A stretch of DNA of 64,000 nucleotides from Macrostomum lignano (lineage: Eukaryota). This document shows positions 1-12,100 of the stretch, in pieces. A program made the translations under genes and the position numbers. Within the stretch, counting starts at the first letter, position 1, and each line of letters begins with the position of its first letter. The DNA is taken from positions 372,001 to 436,000 of the forward strand of contig NIVC01000672.1 in NCBI GenBank assembly GCA_002269645.1. Reading direction: 5' to 3'. Below the pieces are notes generated by a model. It was not told the origin of the DNA. It made no database searches and saw only the letters and a list, made by a program, of their open reading frames with translations.

Positions 1-3000
1 TCTAAGATGCCCTTATAAATTTAGGTAAAGACAACAGGCCTTAATTAATTAATCAGCATTTTGAAGAAACTGACCTTATACAGATGGGCCCCAAGCTAAG
101 AAATGAATGTAGAGCTTATTTCGTGTAAGGTATAAAAATCAATTTATTATAATAATAAATACTCCTAATAAATTGGTTAAATTAGTTATTTACCTTGAAT
201 TAATTTAATTTAATAAAGAAATATATAAATTTGTTTCACTTCTTACTGCATTTAAATAGAGTACCTCTCTACTATACTATAGAAGTATAGTAAAAGTATA
301 TGGTAAAAAAGTATAGTAAAAAATTTTCTTTGGTTTAATCCCAGCTTGCCTCAGTTTTTTTGTCTTAATACGAGCTAGATAGTAAGTGTTGATTAATTTG
401 CTCCATCACCTTTTGCCACGGAAACAGCACATGTCGGACATGCAACACTCTTCCTGATCCCTGGATTCAAGATGACTGCTTCTGCTTCTTCAATGCTTGA
501 AAACTGAGCTCATGGAGCTTTAGGTTATGCTGTCAGAGTGCTGCTGCCGGTGCTGTGTGTGTATGTGTGTGTCTTCTGCGGGTAGGTTCCCTGTCCCTCA
601 GTTTAGCCACTGTTGTGGGCTAACTGGAGGAATTGCCGTTGTCGGTGCTGCAGGTGGCACTACATGGTAGTATTGACGCTGTCAGTGACGCTGGCAAAGG
701 CTTGGACGAAGCTAGGTGCCGTCATTGTCAGGAGGACATGCGTGTGCTGCTTAGACCAGTGCGCACATTCGACTGGACTCGTATCTGGTGCAGTCTGGTG
801 TATTCACTGAGATTGTGTGGATCTGCCTCCTCGCATCACCTCAACCAGGCTCAATTTCTTTTGTAGAATTTTCGTGCGCTGCTTAACTGCATCTTGTGCC
901 TGCTGAGTGATGCCAAGAATTGTGCCACACAATAATTTGGCCCATAAACTACTCGTATATTATACATATGTATGCACAGCACACACACACGCAGTTCATT
1001 CACATTTAACGTACTAGTTAATGGAATTCTCATCTCATGAGCTCTAGTCTATGGACAAACCTGAAATTACTAGAATATCTAGACAGATCTAAACTTCTTT
1101 GAGCAGCGCGCTGCGCTGCGAGCAAATACATGTAGATTCCTTAGCGCAACTAATTAATAGTGTAGTACAGTCTACAGCCTGAAGTAGCCTGTGTAAGATG
1201 CGGAGGGATGATTTTTGCATAGGAAGCCACTACGGTAAGGTTGATGGAACTATGGGGAGGTGAGAGATTCAAAGCGAGGGATGGAAGCCATGCATAGTTC
1301 GATCATAAGTTTGATTATTGCATGAGTCTGGGGATGCATTAACGAGAGGCAGACGAGAGCATAGAAATAAAGCGGGCTAAATATATTAATACACAAAATT
1401 ACATGTACTAGCTAGTAATTTCAGAATGGTCAGCGACTCCTCCGATTTGTATCCGCGACCGCGTGCCCACAAATCCCCCGGCAGACCCTGTCGCAGTTGG
1501 TGGTTGTGCACAGAATACAATGTAATAATTCAATTTTGTCTATTTTCCAAAAAGTTTCAAAAAATGAATTAATTAAAATAAATTTGAATTATTTTAAGTT
1601 AATTGGAGTAAAATGTCTAATAAGTAACTATGATTTTTTATTTTAAGTACATGTAGCTTTGGTATAAGTATTAATGTAATGAGTACTTAAAGTAAAATCA
1701 AGCAAGTTATAGTTTTCAGAAATTATGCTACAAATAATCAAATATATACTAGTATCTGAATTCCTTTATTAAGGAACATGCAGTCGATATTAAATCCACA
1801 ATGTGCTTTTTGGTGTTCAAGGATAGTTACCTGACTTTTTCTATTATTAGTTAGATTTTATTATATTTAATGTAAAAATGAACAATTCTATTCAAGGTAA
1901 AAATGAACATTCTTTATTTGTCGAATCATCTTGCCTTTGAAAAGATACATAGTGAAAACTTGATTTTTAATTCAACCTTTCAAGACTTATTTAGACTTCT
2001 CAATTCAGTGATTAGTTAAACTGATCGAAGTTCTTTCGAGTGCATGCTATAATAATTTCGCACTTTTTCGCACACGATAATTTTAAATGTCTGGGATTTA
2101 GAGCAGAGTAACAAAATGCTGTGCTCAAAAACATTTCCTTTGTCAATTTCTTGTTCTTTTATTTTTGCAAAAGAAATTTAACTGCATATTTAAAATAAAA
2201 ATGGAAGAAAATTTTATTTTCTCTTTAATATTTTTGTCGTTTATTTTCCGCAACAAAGAATAACAAATAGCCTTGATTTCTTCTCAATTTCAAGTTTTCT
2301 TGTGGTTTTAGTAGCAGCTTCTTACAGAAATTGTCAAAAGAATTTTTTTTGTACGATTATTGGTCAATGTATAAACTTTTTTTGCAATAACAAAAAGTTG
2401 TGACCTAGCTTTGAGAACGACCCTTTATGCCATGCCATTTTCATTGTTTCCTTTTCATTTCATAAGCGCAAAGTTGCGAATAGTCACAAGTATGTGTTGT
2501 ATGTGTTCCCTTTCAATGCATATTCGTAACTATCCTAATTTCTACTAGACCTGTCCATGTAATTAAAAACAGACACTATTTATTTACCAATACGAATTTC
2601 ATATTGTTTTTGACTTGGTCTTAAGAAAGCTATCAATTTTTAAGCCAGACTAACTAAATTATGACTAAATCAGTATTTTTTTCATCAAGTCAGTATCATT
2701 CGCTATTTAATATAGATTGTTAGTCTAACTAACTAAAGGCCCTAAGTATTTTACTAGGCATCTATAATGTAAAATATATTTATTTTATTTCACTTATTTG
2801 ATATTCTTTTTTTATTTTACATACAATATACTAAAAATTTTATTTTTCTATTTTCTATTATTTACTATTTTTACATCATCATCCTAAATCCTAACACACG
2901 ATGCACATAGGATAAAAATTTATTACCTAAGCCTCTAATACTAGTGAATAATTCTCTTCACAAAGCTTAAAAATGGCAAATATTTTTTACTACTTTACCT

Positions 3001-6000
3001 CTACCTATAAAATTGAAAGCTCTAATGATCTGAAATTTTTACATTTTTAATTTTAAATATAATTTATTAATAGCTTTATATTCAGTTATAATTTAAGTTG
3101 ATATAGTCTAGTACAATTTCTATTACTCTTATACATTAGTAACTTGCTTTAGTAACTAGCTTTCTTTTTATGCAAATATTTAAAGTAAATAGTAGCTTGT
3201 ACTTATGTATATCTAGTTATCACATTTTTATTCAATTTTTAATTTACTTTATAAGTTTTTTGTTGTAATATTAAACAAATATATTCTCTTATCATCCACA
3301 GTAGTTATCATGCCAATGAAATGCATGGTGCCAACCATGTTGGGGAGAAGGCTCTAAATCTTTAGATTTTCTTATGATGTTAAGTACTTACACTACACCC
3401 ATATACTAAAATGTAAGACTAACATTGTATTTCTCAATCATGCCATCTTTCCAGAACCCATCAAACTATGGGAATTTGTGCAAAGCAATGGCCTACTAAA
3501 ATACCATTGCACAAGATGATATGCTTCTAGAAGTCGCGGTTGGCGCAATATGCTTTTATGGCGCGGCTCGACTTCAGCGTTGTTGCTCATCATTGCATCA
3601 CTGGAGTCCCATTGTCGCATTTTTGGGCTTCCAGCATCAACTGGTTCGATAGTCTCAATTGGAGGCCATGAAAAGCAATGTCAGGCCGCATGCTAGTGCC
3701 AATCTTGGAGAGGAATTTGCAGCCCACCTGATTGCCCTGAGGGAATTGTGCCAAGGGAACTCACACCAATCATTTTTGTTCAGCAGCAGCAGCCGAGTGT
3801 TACTGATCCAAATGGAACTCACTACAACTGACATAATGCGACTGCCCGATTGCACTTTGCTGGCCGTAGTGGAAACCGCACACTGAGAAGCATCGCCCAT
3901 GTTCCTCACCCTACAATATTGAGCTCTCGATCACGTCGGTGGTCTTGACGATGTAGGATGCAATCTTCATAGACATGCCATTGAACCTGGAATGCTATGC
4001 TGCATCTCAAAAGGCTGGCTAACGTTTTTTCAAGGGTTTAGTGTGGCGAGACTCCAAGTCTGATAGATAATCCAATGTCAGCCAGCATGCGTCAACTGCG
4101 CAAGCTTGATCTAAGCAAATGCGCTTCACAGTAGTTTCCAATTGGTCTTGCCTTATTTTTTAGGCCTTTTTTTAAATCATCGAACATTGCAAGAATGCAT
4201 TTCAAAAACAAAGAAGGAACGTTTTGTATTTTCTCTATCAGTATTTATATTTATCCATACATTGCTGTTACATTGCCTAAATACACTATATATAAATATT
4301 CTTTGAGAGTCAAATAAAAACAGTTTAAAAGTTCACATTTCAGATATGTACATGAGAGAATATAAGTCTTGTCTTTTTATTTACTCAGATGAAAGTGAAG
4401 TTCTTAACTTTGGGAGTTAATGCGCATATGAAAGACGATGCCTGCAAAAATGAAGGCTGTATCCCGTCAGCCAGCAAGCAGTTGAAGAACTTCAGTCACT
4501 CATCTCGAAGGCAGTGTGCAGTAGATTAGCCCCTAGGCTGTCGGTTTAGTGTCATCTGGTTAGTAGCTAGAGCACAGCCATCTTCTGTATGCTGACAACC
4601 AAACCAATTGCCACCACAAAAGCAACCCAGCCTGCCAAAGCTCTAAGGGTGGCGAGCTACGTTGCACTGAGTCGCAACATAAGTGGGTATAGGACATGGA
4701 ATGCCATAATGCCTGTTATTAGATTAGACAAACATGACGCATTGTTGGCCTGTACAGGCTCAAAATGCAGGCAGGAGACCACGCAAGCGGTAGTTCAGGC
4801 ATGGTATTGGCAGCTGAAATAAGGCATGTTGAAATAAAAGGTATTGATTACTTTTCATCTATAACTTTTCATAAACAATTAATTTCAAAAGTCAAGAAAC
4901 ATAATGATTTTCCTATACATTTATTCTTGCAATCTTTAAAGATGCCAATACATTTATATTGAAGAAATTATATTATTTTAAAATAAACAATGCCAAAAAT
5001 GTGTCCAATGACTTTTTAGTTTTAACTCTAGTAAATATATTGGTATCAGCTATCTAGTTTATTGCTCAACATAGATTTTTAGCATCAAACAAAGGTGGTG
5101 CAATACATGTACAAAGTCTTACTGCAAGCATTTTGTTTGCATAAGAACTGACTCTAAACGTGTTAGAGCTTTTGTCAGCAGTAAAAGTAAAAGTTAAAAG
5201 TCTTAATTCTGCTATTTACTTCTGTGAGGCAGTATGTCATAACATAACATAACATCACATCAATGTCATAACATAATTCGAATGCAAAATGGTATGCAGC
5301 ACTCAAAAGTAAAAAACGGGAAACGGATGAAACAGCTGTCTATATGTTTTCAGTATATTTCAAGCAGCGCCTTCAAGTCGAATATTTTTTATTTTATTTA
5401 TGCACCTTGAATGTAAATGCCAATGGCAACGATGACATTACCAGTGTGTTGTGTTGCGTCGTGTTTTTAAAAAACCACTTTCAAAGCATGAAAATAGTTG
5501 TCTAAGTTAAATAATTTCCGCGCGTGCCTATCAGAAGCAAAATTAAAAAGAATCCGAAACCTCCGAGCTATTTTCTAAAGAAAATTTGTATTCATTAGCA
5601 AATTTTAGTAAGATTTTGATTTTTGTACAGTATTAAAGTTTTTGTGCAAAAATATTTGTTCGAAATGAAACCTCTGAAAAACCTCAAAACCTCTGAAACC
5701 TCTCGATGAGAATCACCCTTGACGCGTTGAGATAAGTGGAGTTGGCTAATAAAACAAAAGATTCAATTAATGTTTTTATTTTTAAATGAAAATCAATGCA
5801 GAGAGCTTTATTTAGATAAATATATTTTTAAATATTTAAAAATGTTTTTTACTTTAAAATTTTGTACGCTTGATTTTTTAAAATAGTCCATTTTTGTTTC
5901 TTCGCTTTTCTAGGAACTATCATCTGTCTTATTCCAGTTTATTCACTATTACTGCCCAGGCCTCAGTTTACACTACACTATGTGAACTATGATGTTGTGT

Positions 6001-6165
6001 GCTATGATATGTGAACTACTATAAACAGTGAGTTTTTCACTGTTGATGGAGTGGATGCAAGACAGCACGTCTGAGTTGTTTTGCTTGTTGTCGAGTTGAT
6101 GAATCTGGTTGATGTAATTTTTTGTGTGCATAAATTATACATAATCAATAGTTTACAGCATAACA

Positions 6166-9100
6166 ATGGCATCTTTAAATGCTGAATTCTATAAATTTAA
6201 TTCATGCATTAACCAACTACGCAGAATCTATAAAGAAACATTGACAGCTTTCTTGGATGCATCAAATTCAAGCTCTATTGATTTTCTGCACAGTGAATCA
6301 TCTGGGGCTTTAGTATCAGGTGAGTACTGGTACAGCTTTTACATTCAGCTATTTTTGTAGTGTAAAGTATATTTCATATGTTAGCACTCTTAGGTCAATC
6401 TTTTTGCAGCTTTTCCTATAATACAGGTTACTACTTGGCCAGTTTTATTAAATGGTTGGGAAATATTTAGTATTGATATATATATATAGACATCACATTT
6501 TTAGTATATAGGACATATGTTAGGACATTTTTATTTAGTATCCAAAGTGTTAGTTTAAAAACTCATAAAGAACCATCTGAAAATCATAAGGTGTCTTAGT
6601 TTTAACTAAATTTTCATAAAATTAATAAAAATACTTATTTTAGTAATTTTATTAAATTAACTATTCTTAGTAAAATTTCACATCTAAATAAGATTAGACA
6701 ATTCTAATATAAGCTTAAGATTCAAAAAGCACTATAGTCATCAGAATCCAATTGGCAGAATCAAATTAAGAGCTAATTCAATTTTCACAAACTGTCTTGT
6801 TTGAATTTGTCTAGATCGGCCACCTCGAGAGATTTTTGCTCGCCTAGAGCCACCAGTTGAGGCTGAACTGCAGCAGCTGCTGCACCAGCCACCCACGCTA
6901 CTCGTGTTTGGCCAGAGCCGTTGCGCCCGCAACCATCTGGCCAATCACCTGCTGCACTGCTGCCTCCTGCCTTTGGGGACATCGGCAAATGAAGGTTCGA
7001 ACTGCTGGCCTTTGATGACTCGGTTTTAATAGCAGCATCCTAGTTTCATAATGCATATGAGCATTTACTGGGTGGTAATCTTTGCTTCCAAAATCTTTCT
7101 GTATGTTCCTCACGTTTGAAAATTTGAAAATTTGCCTGCCACTGACAGCGCATTTTTAAAAGTTTTGAGCTGCAGTTTGGGATGTGCAAAGGCTCTGGGA
7201 GATTGCCGAGTTTAATTCACCATCCGCCCCGCCAACCGCCTGTCCAGACGACGCGGACGGCCCCGCCTGGCGCCCCGTGCGGCTCCGCTTCTCCGCCGCC
7301 TCGCCGACCGCCGCCACCGCTGCGGCGCTTGACGAGGCCGACCTTCGCCTGCCGCCCGACTGCGGCGACTCTACCGCCGCGGTGCTGGAGGTGCCGCTTA
7401 ATCACCCGCTGCTGCGGGACGGCGCCGAACTGCTGGTGGCCGGCGACGGAGACTTCACAGCCGCCGTGCCGCCGCTGATTTGCCTCTGCGCCCTGCCGCG
7501 CGAGCGCTGCCTGACGCCCGCCGAGGCGCGCGACCTCCAGCAGCTGCTGTCGACCGCGGCGGCTCCCTCCGCAGTCCTGATCGCGCGGCCGCCGCCACCG
7601 CCTGCAGAGTCGGCGAATCCCCAGTTGGCCGAGCGGCTGCGCGGCCAGCTGCGGGAGCTCGGCCTCCCTGACACCGCCGAAGCCAAGGAGGAGGCGGCGA
7701 CGGCGGCCTTGGGTACCTCGGCGACCTCCGAGCTGCTGGACGACTTTCAGGCGGGCTGGCCGCGACTTGTTGCCTTCGTTCGGCGGGCCCTGCAGCGGAT
7801 TCTGGTGCGGGCGGCCGTCCTGCTGAACCAGGCCCACTGCGCCGCCCTCAACAACTTCATCCTGCTGGCCTTTGACCTGTCACGGTGCGAGCCCGGCTGA
7901 TGCTCCTAACCCTACTGACCCGCTGTTCCTGACCCACTGACTCGCTGTTCCTGACCCACTAACTTGCTGTTCCTGACCCACTGACTCGTTGTTCCTGACC
8001 CACTGACTTGCTGTTCCTGACCCACTGACTCGCTGTTCCTGACCCAATGAACCCTGTTCTTGACCCACTGACCGGCTGTTCCTGACCCACTGACTCGCTG
8101 TTCCTGACCCAATGAACCTTGTTCTTGACCCACTGACCGGCTGTTCCTGACCCACTGACTCGCTGTTCCTGACCCAATAAACCTTGTTATTGACCCACTA
8201 ACCGGCTGTTCCTGACCCACTGAGTCGCTGTTCCTGACCCAATGAACTCTGTTCTTGACCCACTGACCGGCTGTTCCTGACCCACTGACTCGTTGTTCCT
8301 GACGCACCAACTCGCAGCTCATGACCCACCGAACCCGCCCCGACCCATAGCGACCTGATGGTGACGCCCCGCAAGATTCAGTTCGCCCAGCGGCAGGAGC
8401 AGCAGCTGTTCGACTCGCTGTGCGAGGTGGCAGACAGCAAGCAGGAGGAGATGCGGCAGCTGGTGGCGGCCACCCTGTCGGGGATGCGGGAGAGCCTGCT
8501 GACCGCGGCGGCCGAGCACCAGTTTGCAGGCGGCGGCTCAGACGGCGACTGCCGACGGTGCGAATTCGAGATTCGGGAGCTGGTGATGTCCCGGCTCGGG
8601 GTGGCTATCGGCGAGCAGCTGGTCCGCTCCGTCAGCCTCTTCAGGGACGCCTACGCGGGCACGCTGACCCGCTGTCTCGAGGGCCTCGAGGACGGCGACG
8701 GCTGCGGCGACTGCAGCGCCACGGAGGCCCTGCGGCGAATCATCAGCGCAGCCTACCAGGTGGAGGTCACGGCGCGCTCCGGGTCCTCCTATGCGCGCTC
8801 GTTTAGAGACCTGCTCAGGGAGGTGAGCATCTCTGAGGGCGAGACCGCCTGCCGACCTTCGCTGTGTCTGTCCTGACTGGCTGTGTCTGTCCTGACTGGC
8901 TGTGTCTGTCCTGACTGTCTGTGTCTGTCCTGACTGTCTGTGTCTGTGCTGACTGACTGTGTCTGTCCTGACTGACTGTGTCTGTCCTGACTGTCTGTGT
9001 CTGTCTTGACTGGCTGTGTCTGTCCTGACTGGCTGTGTCTGTCCTGACTGGCTGTGTCTGTCCTGACTGGCTGTGTCTGTCCTGACTGGCTGTGTCTGTC

Positions 9101-12100
9101 CTGACTGGCTGTGTCTGTCCTGACTGGCTGTGTCTGTCCTGACTGGCTGTGTCTGTCCTGACTGGCTGTGTCTGTCCTGACTGTCTCTGTCTGTCCTGAC
9201 TGTCTCTGTCTGTCCAGACTGTCTATCTCCTGACTGGCTGTGTCTGTCCTGACTGGCTGTGTCTGTCCTGACTGTCTGTGTCTGTCCTGACTGTCTGTGT
9301 CTGTCCAGACTGTCTATCTCCTGACTGGCTGTGTCTGTCCTGACTGGCTGTGTCTGTCCTGACTGTCTGTGTCTGTCCTGACTGTCTATCTCCTGACTGG
9401 CTGTGTCTGTCCTGACTGGCTGTGTCTGTCCTGACTGGCTGTGTCTGTCCTGACTGGCTGTGTCTGTCCTGACTGTCTCTGTCTGTCCTGACTGGCTGTG
9501 TCTGTCCTGACTGTCTGTGTCTGTCCTGACTGTCTATCTCCTGACTGGCTGTGTCTGTCCTGACTGGCTGTGTCTGTCCTAACTGTCTGTGTCTGTCCTG
9601 ACTGTCTGTGTCTGTCCTGACTGTCTGTGTCTCTCCTGACTGGCTGTCTGTCTTGACTGGCTGTGTCTGTCCTAACTGTCTGTGTCTGTCCTGACTGGCT
9701 GTGTCTGTCCTGACTGGCTGTATCTGTCCTGACTGACTGTGTCTGTCCTGACTGGCTCCTGATCTGCCCCTTCAGCTGGCCGGCTCCCTGCCGTGGGCAT
9801 CGGCGCCCAAGCTGGACGCGAGCTGGCGCCGCCGCGTGGCTTCGGACATGCTGGACGGGCTGTCCGACCAGCGCCTGGCCCGGCACATGTGCGCCCACCT
9901 GTCCGAGCGCATCCGGGCCGCGCACGAGGCCTTCCTGGTTGCCATGCGGCGGCTCGAGGAGCGAAAATCCGCCCGGACCCGCGCGTGCGAAGAGCAGCGC
10001 GACCGGATCCGCTGCCGCCACGCGCCCCGCATCGCCCGCCTGGCGCTGGAGTCCGCCTCTGTCCGGGACATGACTCTCTATGGTGAGCTGAGACATGACT
10101 CTCTATGGTGAGCTGGGACATGACTCTATGGTGAGCTGGGACATGACTCTCTATGGTGAGCTGGGACATGACTCTATGGTGAGCTGGGACATGACTCTCT
10201 ATGGTGAGCTGGGACATGACTCTATGGTGAGCTGGGACATGACTCTCTATGGTGAGCTGGGACATGACTCTCTATGGTGAGCTGGGACATGACTCTCTAT
10301 GGTGAGCTGGGACATGACTCTCTATGGTGAGCTGGGACATGACTCTATGGTGAGCTGGGACATGACTCTATGGTGAGCTGGGACATGACTCTCTATGGTG
10401 AGCTGGGACATGACTCTCTATGGTGAGCTGGGACATGACTCTCTATGGTGAGCTGGGACATGACTCTATGGTGAGCTGGGACATGACTCTATGGTGAGCT
10501 GGGACATGACTCTCTATGGTGAGCTGGGACATGACTCTATGGTGAGCTGGGACATGACTATATGGTGAGCTGGGACATGACTCTCTATGGTAAGCTGGGA
10601 CATGACTCTATGGTGAGCTGGGACATGACTCTCTATGGTGAGCTGGGACATGACTCTCTATGGTGAGCTGGGACATGACTCTCTATGGTGAGCTGGGACA
10701 TGACTCTATGGTGAGCTGGGACATGACTCTATGGTGAGCTGGGACATGACTCTATGGTGAGCTGGGACATGACTCTCTATGGTGAGCTGGGACATGACTC
10801 TATGGTGAGCTGGGACATGACTCTCTATGGTGAGCTGGGACATGACTCTATGGTGAGCTGGGACATGACTCTATGGTGAGCTGGGACATGACTCTATGGT
10901 GAGCTGGGACATGACTCTATGGTGAGCTGGGACATGACTCTATGGTGAGCTGGGACATGACTCTCTATGGTGAGCTGGGCCTTAGTAACACATGCCGAAA
11001 TCGAACCCCTTCTTACCCTCAGGCATGCCGCAGTTCTCCCGCGAGATCGGGCGCGGCCAGTACGGCATTGTGTACAGCTGCGACTCCTGGGGCGGCCGCA
11101 GCCCCGTGGCCATCAAGTCGGTGGTGCCGCCGGATGACAAGCACTGGAATGACCTGGCATTGGAGTTCTATTACACCCAGTGAGCTCGTGTGACTCTGTG
11201 TGAGCTTCTGTGACTCTATGTTAGCTTCTCTGACTCTGTGTGAGCTTCTGTAATTGTGTGAGCCTCTGTAACTCTGTTTGAGCTCGTGTGAATCTTTGAG
11301 CTCGTGTGACTGTTTGAGCTCGTGTGAATCTGTGTGAGCTCATGTGACTCTGTGTTAGCTCATATGACTCTGTGTGAGCTCATGTGACTCTGTGTTAGCT
11401 CATATGACTCTGTGTGAGCTCATGTGACTCTGTGTTAGCTCATATGACTCTGTGTGAGCTCATGTGACTCTGTGTTAGCTCATATGACTCTGTGTGAGCT
11501 CATGTGACTCTGTGTTAGCTCATATGACTCTGTGTGAGCTCATGTGACTCTGTGTTAGCTCTGTGTGAGCTCTGTGTGAGCTCATGTGGCTGTGTGTGAG
11601 CTTGTGACTCTTTGTGAGCTCCTGTGACTGTGACCTATGTGACTCTTTGTGAGCTTCTGTGACTTTTTGTGAGCTCTTGTGACTTTGTGTGACCTCATGT
11701 GACTGCAGTCTATACAGTATTTCATATAGTAGTGTTCCAGATTATCCGCTACACAGCCGGGGTAACCGTGAATTATCATAATTATTTATTTCATTCTTTT
11801 CTCGCAGTAGAATTGTCATTTTGTGCTAAATGCGGATGAATCCCCAAGAAGTCAGATTCCGCGCCCCATCGCACAATTTATGGTCCCCTTCGTCTCCGAC
11901 ACGCCGCCCGGCCACCCCAAGGCAGCTGCCTGAGCACGCCAGAGTCGCGCGCATCCTCGGCTGCGCCATCGACAGGCGGCTGGCGGAGCCGGCGGTGCTG
12001 CTGGCGATGGCCCGCCTGCCCCGCGACCTGCACGTGGCCCTGGGCCGGGGCCTGGCCTGGACTGACAGGTGGCGGCCCCGAGCCGGACAGATTTGCATGT

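Noticed and set aside
613-1033. Short ORFs at the window start
   Set aside because: No recognisable domain, splice support or codon bias.
3480-4000. Possible decayed LTR-retrotransposon gag relic (GEEFAAHLIALRELC)
   Set aside because: Only a weak motif impression with no continuous frame; it needs a profile search.
4589-4822. YVALSR resembling a PIF1/Helitron helicase motif
   Set aside because: A single short motif with no other helicase motifs nearby.
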